64,000 nt of DNA from Nitrospinota bacterium. Its GTDB lineage: Bacteria; Nitrospinota; Nitrospinia; Nitrospinales; VA-1. The DNA is taken from NCBI GenBank assembly GCA_028345515.1, contig JAOMDP010000012.1:462-64461 (forward strand), written 5' to 3'. The position numbers and the translations under genes are program-made. Below the pieces are notes generated by a model that saw nothing but the letters and a program-made list of their open reading frames with translations, had not been told where the DNA came from and searched no databases. Of this stretch, positions 42,623 through 53,468 are shown piece after piece. The stretch's first letter is position 1. Every line of letters begins with the position of its first letter.

Positions 42623-44164
42623 ATGACTAGAAATATTTCGCATAGCAATCTAATCACTTTCCTTTTCACCGCCTTATTTATTTCTATCCCCTTTTTTTCC
42701 TTTGCAAAGGTTACTGAGGAAGGGGTGAATTCGTTTCGAAAGTCGGTCAATAAAATACTTTCAAACCCCTGCCTTCGAAAAAATAATTACGGGTTAAAAA
42801 TTTACTCTTTGGACCGTGGAGAGACTTTATATGAAGTCCGTAGCGATCAATTATTTATTCCCGCTTCTAATACAAAAATTCTCACCACTGCAGTAGCATT
42901 AAAATACCTAGGTCATAATTATCGCTTTTATACCCGCCTCTATACCGATGGAGTTTTGGAAAATTCCAACCTCAAGGGCAACCTTTACATAAAAGGGTCA
43001 GGTGACCCCAAACTAGTTACTGAACAATTGTGGCTTTTAGTAAATGAATTAAGAAATCTACCTATAAAGAAAATAGAAGGGAATATAATTGGCGATGATT
43101 CATTCTTCGATCATAAAAAACGACTCAAAACATGGGTAAAGAACCCTGGAGCTCAGGCCTACGAAGCCCCTCTTGGAGCACTATCATTTAATTTTAATAC
43201 TGTAAAAGTTTATGTTACCCCTGGAAAAAAAATCAGAGACCGTCCAGTAATCGTTATTGAACCCGATAACAAATACATTAAAGTCGAAAATAATGCACTC
43301 ACTCTGAAACCCGGAACACGCAATCGATTGATTGTAAACCGGATTGAAAAAGAAGATCATGACCTGATTAATGTTTCGGGAGGGATAAACTTGGGACAAC
43401 CTCGCGCGCAGTATTTTCTTAATATTACCAATCCCACTCAATACACGCTGAATGTATTCAAATCTTATATTAATCTTGCAGGAATAGAGTTTAACGGCAA
43501 ATTAAAGATTGGGAATCTCCCAAGAAATGCAGTTGAAATATACTCACACGAAAGTGAACCCTTGGCATTAGCGCTTCGCGGCCTAAATAAATTTAGCAAT
43601 AATTTTATTGCAGAACAAATTGTAAAAACAATTGGGGTCGAACATTTTGGTCAACCTGGTACCACACAAAAAGGGCTGGATGTTTTTAAAGAATATTTGA
43701 AAGAACTCAGCATTGAACCAAATAAGTACGTCGTTTTTGACGGCTCCGGTTTATCCCGTAAAAATCGTCTTTCTCCCGCAATATTGGTAGATATCTTGCG
43801 AAATGTAAAGAATGACCTAGCTGTTTATCCTGAATTTGTTGCGGCACTAGGAATAATGGGTGTAGATGGAAATGTAAAAAACAGAATGCAAAAAGTTGAA
43901 AGTTCCAGCAAAGCAAGAGTAAAAACGGGAACCCTAAATTTTGTTAGTACGTTATCAGGGTTTTTTGAATCCAAGGAGGGCGAGTTGTTTGCTTTTTCGA
44001 TTTTGATGAATGACTTAAAATGTTCGAATGGGAGGGCAAAACAAATCCAAGACCAGATTCTCAAAAAAGGATTAAATTTTCGCCGTGTGCTACCTGGAAG
44101 TATATTTATAGAGGATAAAACAAACCGCCTGCAGTCAGAAGCCTCAGCACCCTCAAGCAAATAA
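42623..44164 (+). CDS. dacB: D-alanyl-D-alanine carboxypeptidase/endopeptidase (PBP4, S13)
   Basis: PASNTK (SxxK), SNN, DGSGLS, KTGTL. Confidence 0.95.
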   Translation: MTRNISHSNLITFLFTALFISIPFFSFAKVTEEGVNSFRKSVNKILSNPCLRKNNYGLKIYSLDRGETLYEVRSDQLFIPASNTKILTTAVALKYLGHNYRFYTRLYTDGVLENSNLKGNLYIKGSGDPKLVTEQLWLLVNELRNLPIKKIEGNIIGDDSFFDHKKRLKTWVKNPGAQAYEAPLGALSFNFNTVKVYVTPGKKIRDRPVIVIEPDNKYIKVENNALTLKPGTRNRLIVNRIEKEDHDLINVSGGINLGQPRAQYFLNITNPTQYTLNVFKSYINLAGIEFNGKLKIGNLPRNAVEIYSHESEPLALALRGLNKFSNNFIAEQIVKTIGVEHFGQPGTTQKGLDVFKEYLKELSIEPNKYVVFDGSGLSRKNRLSPAILVDILRNVKNDLAVYPEFVAALGIMGVDGNVKNRMQKVESSSKARVKTGTLNFVSTLSGFFESKEGELFAFSILMNDLKCSNGRAKQIQDQILKKGLNFRRVLPGSIFIEDKTNRLQSEASAPSSK

Positions 44165-44193
44165 ATTATATTGGGCAATTGAGACAAACTTAA

Positions 44194-45000
44194 TCAGCCA
44201 AAGACTTTTCTATTTTCCTTACGATCTTCTTCGATAATTTTCTTCCAATCTCTTTTCACATTAGGCGCCTTAAGAAAATCTTCGTAAATTGACTTTGCCA
44301 GTTCCATTTTATCAATTCCCTCTGGAGCGACTTGTATATCCAATTGTGCCAAAGCCATATCGAAATCCTTATCAAGTAGAGATGCCGAATCCATACTGCA
44401 CTCTTTCAAAGCCTGCTTAATAACACCCTGGTCATGACCAAAACGTCGAGCGACCTCATTAATATTTGAAGGCTTGTATTCCTTATTCGGTCCTATTCCG
44501 AGGTGATAAGCACAAAACAAGGTAAAAGCATCTAAGTTTCCTGATAACTTTTTATCAGAGTTTGAAGCAGTGTAGCTCTTTTCCTCTGACAAATTAATAT
44601 TAGAAGGGTTTCGGCCATTACTCTTTTTAGTGCGATAAAAGTTACTTCTATTCCTAGCACTACTGTTATTTGCATTTTCCCTTTGTTCGCGGGAAGGATT
44701 GCGCCTTTTCTGGCCTTGAGCTTTATTACGATTGCCACCATTTCCCGATTGATTTTTGTTTACCATCGAAATATGCGATGTCAAAGCTTGTGAAGATTCT
44801 GGCCCTGAAGATACCCAAGGATGAATACCCTTTTTACGGGGAGTATTTTTTCTAGAGTTAGAGTTTCTCGAACTGGATTTTCCAGAACTGGAATTACCAT
44901 TTTGGTTTGGTTTTGAGGAGGAAGAGTTTTCCTGACGGTTATGGGAATTCCGTCTTTGCTTGTTTCCTACGTTTTTCTGAAACTGTCCTGTTTTACTCAA
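44194..45000 (-). CDS. Hypothetical protein with long basic N/S/R-rich disordered N-terminus and folded C-terminal domain
   Basis: 268-aa ORF; low complexity to about aa 150, then FTLFCAYHLGI...NEVARRFG. Confidence 0.8.
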   Translation of the reverse strand: MSKTGQFQKNVGNKQRRNSHNRQENSSSSKPNQNGNSSSGKSSSRNSNSRKNTPRKKGIHPWVSSGPESSQALTSHISMVNKNQSGNGGNRNKAQGQKRRNPSREQRENANNSSARNRSNFYRTKKSNGRNPSNINLSEEKSYTASNSDKKLSGNLDAFTLFCAYHLGIGPNKEYKPSNINEVARRFGHDQGVIKQALKECSMDSASLLDKDFDMALAQLDIQVAPEGIDKMELAKSIYEDFLKAPNVKRDWKKIIEEDRKENRKVFG

Positions 45001-45103
45001 AACGGTATTCCTTTATTTATAAAAGATTGGAGGGATTTGAAGTTATCACGCATTTTTAAATGTTTCCTTATAACTGAGTTAAATTTTACGAACAATCTAC
45101 TTA

Positions 45104-46909
45104 TTAGTTCAAACTTTCAAGCTCATCTACTAAAGCTGAAAATTTTGAGAGTGCTGTACATACAGGTTTCGGTGAAGACATATCGACTCCAGCATCTTTT
45201 AACAAATCAATTGGATATTTGGAACCACCGGATTTAAGGAAATTAAGATAACTGTTTAACTCCTGCTCACCCCCGGAAACCACCCTATCTGCCAACGCAT
45301 AAGCAGCGGAAATTCCCGTAGCGTATTTGTATACATAAAAGCTAAAATAAAAATGGGGTATCCGAAAGCACTCCAGCGAAAGGCAATCATCCAAAATAAG
45401 GCCCGGGCCAAAATAGAGTTCCAGCAAACTTTTATAGATTTCCTGAAAAGTTTCAATGGTCAGAGGCTGATTGTTTTCTGCAGCCTGGTAAACTCTGTGT
45501 TCGAACTCAGCAAACATTGTTTGCCTATATAGCGTACCACGAAAGTTATCAATTTCGCGAGAAAGTAAGTAAATCCTCATATCTTTATCAATATCCTGAG
45601 AAAGAAAAAACTTTGTCAATAATGACTCATTAAAAGTTGAGGCAACCTCTGCAACGAAAATTGTGTAATCAGAATACAAATAAGGCTGGTTTTTTCGTGA
45701 ATATAAAGAATGCATGGAATGGCCCGCCTCATGAGCCAGTGTGTAAACACTATTAATATTATCCTCTTTATAGTTCATAAGAATAAACGGGTTTGAATCA
45801 TAGCAACCAGAAGAATAAGCACCGCTTCTTTTCCCCTTATTTTCATAACGATCGGTCCATCTATCTTGCAAAAGACCTTGGCTCATCAGATCAATATATT
45901 CTGTACCCAAAGGTTGCAGAGCTGTCTTGATTTTTTCAACAGCATCTTCATAGGACATATGCCATTTAATATTTTTAACTAGAGGTACAGAACAATCATA
46001 TATATGAAGGTCATCAAGGTCTAATAAACGTTTTCTTAAATTAAAGTATTTATAAAGAGGCTTTAGGTTTTGATGGACTGACTCAATCAGGTTGTCATAA
46101 ACCTCTATATTAATATTTTCAGAAAATAATGCTTTAGCTCGATAGCCTGCATAATTTCTGGACCGCGAATAAAATAAATCTTTTTTCACGCTAGAAGAAA
46201 GTAAAGAAGCGTATGTAAAACGATGCGATTCATAACCCTTGTAATAAGTATGAAAAGCATCTTTTCTTAGTCTGCGATTATAGCTTTGCATCAGACTCTG
46301 AAAATTACCATGAGTTAAAGTTAGCTGCTCACCATTTTCACCTTCTATTTCTCCAAGTTGCAAATCTGCATTATCCAACATATCAAATGCATCCCGCGCT
46401 GCCCTTCCCATTTCTCCAGATGCCGCAAGAAGTTTTTCTTCCTTATATGTCAAGGTGTGTTCGCGATAGCGTAAAATCTGCTCGAGGTGAAATTTGTAAA
46501 ATGCCATTTCTTTCTCTTGTAGAAACCCTGACATTTTCTCTTGTGGAATATCCATGATTTCGGGACGCATAAAGCTAGACACACTGCCTGCTTCGTTGAG
46601 TAGCCTCATCACCTTTTCAAAATTTTTCTGATGAAAACTATTCGTTTTATCTTCGTCATTTTTCAAATGCGCGAATGTATAAAGTTTTTCAATCCGTCTC
46701 GAAAAACTCATATCAAACTCAATACATTCTTTGAGCTTTAGAAATGATTGTGAAAGCGTGCCTTGAAAACTAGCATACCGCGGCAGATCGGCTTCTAGTA
46801 ATGTAAAATCCTTGTCCCAATCTTCGTTTGTTGAATACAACCCTGACAAATCCCATTGGGCTTGCTCGGGAATCTCATCTCGCGTTAGGGCAACTGTCTT
46901 AGCATCCAT
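45104..46909 (-). CDS. pepF: Oligoendopeptidase F (M3B)
   Basis: WDLS.LY, GKRSGAYS, HEAGHSMH, AEVAS, FYVYKYATG. Confidence 0.95.
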   Translation of the reverse strand: MDAKTVALTRDEIPEQAQWDLSGLYSTNEDWDKDFTLLEADLPRYASFQGTLSQSFLKLKECIEFDMSFSRRIEKLYTFAHLKNDEDKTNSFHQKNFEKVMRLLNEAGSVSSFMRPEIMDIPQEKMSGFLQEKEMAFYKFHLEQILRYREHTLTYKEEKLLAASGEMGRAARDAFDMLDNADLQLGEIEGENGEQLTLTHGNFQSLMQSYNRRLRKDAFHTYYKGYESHRFTYASLLSSSVKKDLFYSRSRNYAGYRAKALFSENINIEVYDNLIESVHQNLKPLYKYFNLRKRLLDLDDLHIYDCSVPLVKNIKWHMSYEDAVEKIKTALQPLGTEYIDLMSQGLLQDRWTDRYENKGKRSGAYSSGCYDSNPFILMNYKEDNINSVYTLAHEAGHSMHSLYSRKNQPYLYSDYTIFVAEVASTFNESLLTKFFLSQDIDKDMRIYLLSREIDNFRGTLYRQTMFAEFEHRVYQAAENNQPLTIETFQEIYKSLLELYFGPGLILDDCLSLECFRIPHFYFSFYVYKYATGISAAYALADRVVSGGEQELNSYLNFLKSGGSKYPIDLLKDAGVDMSSPKPVCTALSKFSALVDELESLN

Positions 46910-46951
46910 AAGATTTGGAAAGGTAAGGAAAATTTAATTCCCATTCGAAGG

Positions 46952-49603
46952 TTAACATAGAGCTTGTTCTATAGTTTTCAAATGAATTTGAAGCTTGACC
47001 TGCTTTTCAGAAAGAGATGCCTTTCTTTGCTCATCTTTTTCGATAACTTCGGCCGGTGCTTTCTTTACGAAATTCGGGTTGGAGAGTTTCTTATCTAGAA
47101 ATATGAGGTCTTTTTCAATTTTTTTCAACTCTTTTTCTACCCGATTACGTTCTTCTTGAAAATCCATTATCCCTTCTAGTGGAATAATCAGGTCCATACC
47201 CCCTAGAACTGAGGAGGCAGATACATTCGGTTTTTCAATATCTGGGCCCACTTCCAACTGTTCAACACGGGCTAATTCCTTTATATACAAGCTCTGACCT
47301 TGTAAAGTTTTTTGTATTTCATCGTTCTGGGTCTTTACTAACACGTTTAATTTTAATCCTGGGTTTAGATTCATCTCGCCCCGAATATTTCTAACGCCCG
47401 TAATGACTTCCATTACTAATTCCATTTCTTTTTCTACAAATTCATTAAGATGCGATTCCCGAAACTCAGGAAACGCGCTAACCATGATGCTCTCTCCATT
47501 CTGAGGTAACTTTTGCCAAATCTCTTCTGTAATAAATGGCATAAGCGGATGCAAAAGCTTGAGCGCTGAATCTAGAACATGTATCAACACATTTTGTACA
47601 GCAACCCTTTCAGGCCCAGGATTAGATAATTTAGATTTAGCAAGCTCTATATACCAGTCACAATATTCGTTCCAAATAAATTTATAGATAGTCAAAGCAA
47701 CGTCATTAAAGCGGAATGCTTCTAGAGATTCATTGACCTCTTTCGTCGCACGGTTTAAGCGACTCAAAATCCAGCGATCGGCCGTGGAAAGGTTAGCTTT
47801 TTCATCAAGTATACATGAGCCTTTATAATCATCCAGATTCATAAGAACAAATCGCGAAGCATTCCAAAGTTTATTACAGAAGTTGCGATAACCTTCTATG
47901 CGATCCTCAGCCAGCTTAATATCTCTTCCCTGTGCTGCAAAAGCGGCAAGAGTAAAACGCAAAGCATCAGTCCCGTATTGCTCCATCACTTCCAACGGGT
48001 CAATCACATTGCCCTTGGTCTTACTCATTTTCTGTCCTTCAGAGTCCCTTATCAGAGCATGAATATAAACATCTCGAAAAGGAACTTCACCCATGAACTT
48101 GATACCCATCATTATCATTCGAGCAACCCAGAAAAAAAGGATGTCGAATCCAGTACAAAGCACAGATGTTGGATAAAAACATTGTAGGCTTTCCGTTTTT
48201 TCTGGCCACCCTAAAGTCGAAAAAGGCCAGAGAGCAGAACTGAACCAAGTGTCCAACACATCCGTTTCCTGGATCAGATTTTTTGATGAACAAGCTGAGC
48301 AGGAATCTGGGGTTTCCCTTACCACTATAATTTCACCACAAGCTTGGCAATTCCAGGCTGGAATCTGATGTCCCCACCAAATTTGACGAGAAATACACCA
48401 GTCGCGTATATTCTCCATCCATTCAAAATAGGTATTTTCCCAAAATTTTGGGACGATTTTTATACTACCATCCCGCACCGCTTGCATAGCTGGTTCCGCG
48501 AGAGGTTTAGCTTTCACAAACCATTGTTTAGATAAATAAGGCTCTACCACTGTTCGGCAGCGATAACAATGACCTACTGAATGACTTAAATCTTCAATTT
48601 TTACAAGCACCCCGGAATCTTTTAAATCACCAACTAATTTCTTTCTACATTCAAATCGATCTAATCCCTCATAAGCAGGACTAGCAAGCGAGTTCATAGC
48701 TCCATCGGGATGCATAATATTTATAGTTTCCAACTGATGCCGTTTACCTAATTCAAAATCGTTTGGATCATGAGCAGGCGTCACTTTCAGTGCACCGGTG
48801 CCAAAAGTTGTATCTACATAGCTATCTTCGATCAATGGGATTTCACGATTCAAAACAGGCAGGACAAGAGTTGCGCCTTTAAACTGGTGATAGCGCTCAT
48901 CTTTAGGGTTTACGGCAACCGCGGTATCGCCCAACATAGTTTCGGGCCGTGTAGTAGCAATAATGAGAAAGTCTTTACTCTCTTTAAAAGGATACTTTAA
49001 ATGATATAAATGCCCCTGCTCTTCTTGATGTTCTACTTCTAAATCAGAAAGTGCTGTACGGCAACGGGGACACCAGTTGATAATATAGTCACCCTTATAA
49101 ATAAGACCTTCTTCATATAAAGTCACAAAAACTTCCCGAACCGCTTTCGATAAACCCTCATCCATTGTAAAACGGTCGCGCTCCCAGTCCAACGAGCATC
49201 CCAGTGTTTGCAATTGCTTATTGATAGTACCGCCAAATTCTTCTTTCCATTCCCAAACACGCTCGACAAAAGGTTCCCGACCCAGTTTCTGTCGGGTAGT
49301 TCCCTCTTTGTCTAATTGCCTCTCGACTACATTCTGAGTAGCGATTCCAGCATGATCAGTACCTGGCTGCCACAAAACATTAAAACCCTGCATTCTTTTC
49401 CATCGAGCAAGGATGTCTTGAAGGGTATTATTGAACGCATGACCAATATGCAACCGGCCGGTAATATTTGGCGGGGGAATGACTATAGAAAAAGCAGGGG
49501 ATTTCCTGGTTTCATCGGCATGGAAAAATTTTTTTTCTTCCCAAAATCGTCCCCAGCGTTTTTCAACTTCACCGGGTTCGTATTGTTTATCTAATTGAAT
49601 CAT
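46952..49603 (-). CDS. valS: Valine--tRNA ligase
   Basis: PPPNITG.LHIGH, DWCISRQ, KMSKT, C-terminal coiled coil. Confidence 0.98.
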   Translation of the reverse strand: MIQLDKQYEPGEVEKRWGRFWEEKKFFHADETRKSPAFSIVIPPPNITGRLHIGHAFNNTLQDILARWKRMQGFNVLWQPGTDHAGIATQNVVERQLDKEGTTRQKLGREPFVERVWEWKEEFGGTINKQLQTLGCSLDWERDRFTMDEGLSKAVREVFVTLYEEGLIYKGDYIINWCPRCRTALSDLEVEHQEEQGHLYHLKYPFKESKDFLIIATTRPETMLGDTAVAVNPKDERYHQFKGATLVLPVLNREIPLIEDSYVDTTFGTGALKVTPAHDPNDFELGKRHQLETINIMHPDGAMNSLASPAYEGLDRFECRKKLVGDLKDSGVLVKIEDLSHSVGHCYRCRTVVEPYLSKQWFVKAKPLAEPAMQAVRDGSIKIVPKFWENTYFEWMENIRDWCISRQIWWGHQIPAWNCQACGEIIVVRETPDSCSACSSKNLIQETDVLDTWFSSALWPFSTLGWPEKTESLQCFYPTSVLCTGFDILFFWVARMIMMGIKFMGEVPFRDVYIHALIRDSEGQKMSKTKGNVIDPLEVMEQYGTDALRFTLAAFAAQGRDIKLAEDRIEGYRNFCNKLWNASRFVLMNLDDYKGSCILDEKANLSTADRWILSRLNRATKEVNESLEAFRFNDVALTIYKFIWNEYCDWYIELAKSKLSNPGPERVAVQNVLIHVLDSALKLLHPLMPFITEEIWQKLPQNGESIMVSAFPEFRESHLNEFVEKEMELVMEVITGVRNIRGEMNLNPGLKLNVLVKTQNDEIQKTLQGQSLYIKELARVEQLEVGPDIEKPNVSASSVLGGMDLIIPLEGIMDFQEERNRVEKELKKIEKDLIFLDKKLSNPNFVKKAPAEVIEKDEQRKASLSEKQVKLQIHLKTIEQALC

Positions 49604-49734
49604 TAAAAAATCACTTGCAACAGAAAACCTGAAAATCCATTCTGATCGAGGAAAACTTATCCTGACATTACGAAGGGAGCTAAAAATTAATTTATGGGAT
49701 CGTGCTTTTTACCAAAAAATTGCAAATAAAGGGG

Positions 49735-50949
49735 TTAAATTCTTTTAATTTTATCAATTTCTTCACGAATCACTGATCGGGCAATATCCGGCACAATTTC
49801 CCTAACAACCTCTCTAACAATTTTTACAACTATTTCTGACATCCCAGAAACCTCTTTCTGCAGCGAGGAATCCAACGATTTTTCCAGAATATGTCGAACC
49901 TGCTCTCCGGTAACTTGAATAAACCTGTCATCATTACTTTCAAAGGCCATTTCCTGAAAATGTGAATCCTTATAGTGGTTAGATTTAAAGGTGGATGGGT
50001 CGGTCAGGGAATTGATATTTTCTTGAATTTCATCAGCAGTGTGAGGACGTCTTTCTTTATCAGAAAAAGCACTTGGAGCCATTCTTTCGAGAAGATCCTC
50101 TGGTTCCGGAACAATGCTTCCTAATTTAGACATTTCTGATTCTCTCATTTCGTAATTAGCCGCCTTTTTTGATTCTCCAGCCACAATGTCTTTAAAAGCT
50201 GAATCTAGCTCGTCAAGATTCTCCACCTTTCTGGGCTGCACATCTTCATAAACTTCAAAATTATCCTCAAAGTTTTGCTCTTCTTGAACATTTTCTTCGG
50301 CTTTAAAAGTAGGCTGAGCAATCTCTCCTTCATTTTGGGATTCCTCCCCTTGAATCATCTGCCCTGATATATCTGTACCGTTAGCAACGGGTTCTATATC
50401 ATCTATTTTGGCTTTTTCCTGCATGGAGGTATCTGTTTCTTCTGTTAGATCCTCCATTTCTATGGAGTCAGTAGAAAGTTTTTCAACAGATTCCAAGAGC
50501 TCTTCAAGGCTGGGTTCTTCATCTAATTCTACATCCTCAGAAATACTTTCAAAGAGAACGGGCTCGTTTTCGGCGTTGCTACCAGCTTCCATGACCCTAG
50601 TTACCATTTGTACTATATTATCGGATTTAAAAGGTTTCGAAATATGATTTTCCGCTAGACATTTCTTAAAGTTTCCCTCATCAAAATCTTCAAAATCACT
50701 TGCAAGAAGTAATACTTTTATTCCTGCCAAATCAGGAGTACTTTTTATTTTCTGACTCAATTCAAATCCATTTAGTCCAGGCATGTCAACATCCGCCAAA
50801 ACTATGTCTGGTTTAAAGTCTGGAATTTTATCAAAAGCTTCTTTTCCATTGCCTATGCCTTCTACTTCTGCATCCTCATTTGCAAAAGCCATTGCAACAA
50901 TTTTCTGAATCGTAATACTATCGTCAGCAACAAGAATTCTTAATGTCAT
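49735..50949 (-). CDS. RomR-like response regulator (REC, acidic disordered linker, C-terminal helical domain)
   Basis: ADDS, ADVDMP, KPF; D/E-rich linker; C-terminus VREIVPDIARSVIREEI. Confidence 0.8.
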   Translation of the reverse strand: MTLRILVADDSITIQKIVAMAFANEDAEVEGIGNGKEAFDKIPDFKPDIVLADVDMPGLNGFELSQKIKSTPDLAGIKVLLLASDFEDFDEGNFKKCLAENHISKPFKSDNIVQMVTRVMEAGSNAENEPVLFESISEDVELDEEPSLEELLESVEKLSTDSIEMEDLTEETDTSMQEKAKIDDIEPVANGTDISGQMIQGEESQNEGEIAQPTFKAEENVQEEQNFEDNFEVYEDVQPRKVENLDELDSAFKDIVAGESKKAANYEMRESEMSKLGSIVPEPEDLLERMAPSAFSDKERRPHTADEIQENINSLTDPSTFKSNHYKDSHFQEMAFESNDDRFIQVTGEQVRHILEKSLDSSLQKEVSGMSEIVVKIVREVVREIVPDIARSVIREEIDKIKRI

Positions 50950-51374
50950 AAATGTTTACCAATTAGGATTTTTAGAAGTGATAAACCCCACTACCTTCTA
51001 ACAAGAGAAACCCATACAACTTCTGTCCGATGCCAGCAGACTATATAATAGGAAATGCAAGATCTATAGATTTAATAGGCATCGATCTGCGGAGCCTAGC
51101 GTCAAGTGGAAGGCATTTGTCTGGGGCAAATACAAAACCCTAAAATTGTTAGATAATGCCTATTTTATTATTTTTTTCCTCGTCAGTTGCAAATTCTAAC
51201 CAGCTAATTAATGCGATCCTAACAATTTAATTATATCATATTTTCAAAGAACATAATAAAATTAAAGACTGGAAATTCAATCGGTTAATTACCACCCTGA
51301 AGATTTTAAAAAATCCATATATTGAAAAATATTACATTATAAAATTTTTCGTTCCTATAGGAGAAATCTTAGCT

Positions 51375-53372
51375 TTGATTCTTTTTTGTCTGAGTAAAAA
51401 TTCTAAATTCTCTCTTTGGAGTGCATTTTTTGTTTTTGGGTTATGCATAGGATTCCCCTTTCCCTCTTCTGCCCTTTATCTTCAGCTCGATACAATCGCC
51501 GATGTAAAAACCAATTTCAGTGATGGTTGTGCCTCAATAAAAGATATTGGCAACCAATCTGAAAGATTAGGAATAGATGCCGTTATTTTTGGTGACTATG
51601 CCAGAAATTCCATTGAATTCGGAGTCAAACCCTTTGAGCGCATATTCAAAAACACTATAGAGGGGCCTTCTGTACTTGAACGCGGTGCTTCTGGTTTCAT
51701 TTCTGAAATCAATGACAATGACCGCCAAATAAAAAAAACCCTTTTAATTCCCGGAGTAGAAACCGCACCTTTTTACTATTGGAGCGGTAGTAATTTTGAT
51801 AAAAATCTTACCGCCCATAATTGGGACAAGCATCTCCTTATTGTAGGAATGCACAACGCATCTGAATATGAACAGTTGCCTCTTCCAAATAGTAATTTAT
51901 CTTTAAATTATACAGAACCGTTATTAAACCAATTCATCCTATTGGGTTTCTTGTGCATGATGAGTATGGGCGCAGTTTATAAAGGGTACGCACGAATAAT
52001 CACAGTTCCCATGATGGTTTTATTTATTTTGTTAACTATCAACAACCATCCTTTTCGAAGTACTCCTTTTAATGCTTATAACGGTGACCAAGGAGTGAAG
52101 CCTTATCAAAACTTGATCGATTACGCCCACTCGAAAGGGGCCCTTGTTTTCTGGAATCATATGGAAAACAGTTCTGGTATTCGTCAATATGGCAGTGCAA
52201 ATTTGTCAACATTTCCCTATCCTAACGACTTGCTGAAAACAAAAAACTATACCGGATTTCAAGTCGTCGGTGATAATCCCATTCAACAGGCCGAAGCAGG
52301 ACAGCAATGGGACAAGGTTCTCATGGAATATCTTCGAGGTCAACGCGATCAACCGGTTTGGGGTTACGGAAGCAACGACTACCTTTGCGAAGACCGTAAT
52401 GGAGATAAATTAGGCTCGGTAAGAACAATATTTCTTGTGCGTGAAAAAAATCGCGATGCTCTTTTAAATGCTATGAGAAAAGGCCGAATGTATGCGGTCC
52501 GACAGGCTGATGACAATCGCCTATCCCTAGATGAGTTTATCGTCGAAGATCAAAAGACTGGGAAACAAGCAACCCTTGGGGAAGAGCTAAACGCCACCGA
52601 TTTCCCCGCTGTAAAAATAAAACTTCGATCTGTCAAAGGGGGAAACAAAACCGCACAAATCCAGATCATCAGGAATGGAATTCTTGCTAAACAGGAAACT
52701 GTATCCTTACCTTATGAATTAACGTGGCGAGATGTTAACAACTCAAAAGAGGAAAAGGCTTATTATAGAGTCAAGGCTTCGGTTAATTCAATGGATCATC
52801 TAGTATCTAATCCTATATTCGTTAAATTTCCTGATTCGTCAGATGAGATGCTTGCATCCCTGCCTGTATCGACAGAGCAGTTAGCCCCCTCACCTGATAT
52901 AAGAATACCTGATATACCGAAACCTTCCCCACCACAAAATATTCCTATCGAACCACCAGCTATGCAAGAAATTTCTGGTGCGAAGACCATTGACAAAACC
53001 GAAGTATCTTCAATTACAATGCCAGAGATTTCTGTTCCCATACCCAAACAGCCAGTTGTTAATCCTCCTGAACCACCCATTCCTGCTGCTCAGATCATGG
53101 CAAAAAACTCTAGCGAAATGGAACGTTCCCCGGTGAACGCAGAAAAGCTTCTAAAAGTAGTGGTAGATGGAGTTGCACTTCGAAAAGGTCCTGGAACAGT
53201 TTTTCCGAAAATTACCAATTTAAATAAGGGAGCTGAAATTGAGTTTGTTCGTCGCACCAATATTGAGTTTAACAATAAGAACTGGTTGGTTGTCAAACGT
53301 GGAAACCGATCCGCCTACATCTGGGAAGGTGTAGTCGAATGGGCTTATCCCTCTAAGAACGTAAAAAAATAA
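51375..53372 (+). CDS. Exported/membrane PHP-like protein with Pro-rich linker and C-terminal SH3b domain
   Basis: Signal peptide; SDG, IPGVE, WNH, A.R.GR.Y PHP-like pattern; internal TM hairpin; LRKGPGT SH3b motif. Confidence 0.7.
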   Translation: MILFCLSKNSKFSLWSAFFVFGLCIGFPFPSSALYLQLDTIADVKTNFSDGCASIKDIGNQSERLGIDAVIFGDYARNSIEFGVKPFERIFKNTIEGPSVLERGASGFISEINDNDRQIKKTLLIPGVETAPFYYWSGSNFDKNLTAHNWDKHLLIVGMHNASEYEQLPLPNSNLSLNYTEPLLNQFILLGFLCMMSMGAVYKGYARIITVPMMVLFILLTINNHPFRSTPFNAYNGDQGVKPYQNLIDYAHSKGALVFWNHMENSSGIRQYGSANLSTFPYPNDLLKTKNYTGFQVVGDNPIQQAEAGQQWDKVLMEYLRGQRDQPVWGYGSNDYLCEDRNGDKLGSVRTIFLVREKNRDALLNAMRKGRMYAVRQADDNRLSLDEFIVEDQKTGKQATLGEELNATDFPAVKIKLRSVKGGNKTAQIQIIRNGILAKQETVSLPYELTWRDVNNSKEEKAYYRVKASVNSMDHLVSNPIFVKFPDSSDEMLASLPVSTEQLAPSPDIRIPDIPKPSPPQNIPIEPPAMQEISGAKTIDKTEVSSITMPEISVPIPKQPVVNPPEPPIPAAQIMAKNSSEMERSPVNAEKLLKVVVDGVALRKGPGTVFPKITNLNKGAEIEFVRRTNIEFNNKNWLVVKRGNRSAYIWEGVVEWAYPSKNVKK

Positions 53373-53468
53373 CGATTGTAGTTTATAGATCTAGTTAAAC
53401 CCTAGATTATTAACTTTAATAGAGAACGACACAAATCTTCCGGGTTTAAAATGGCAAAGTCATTTCCC

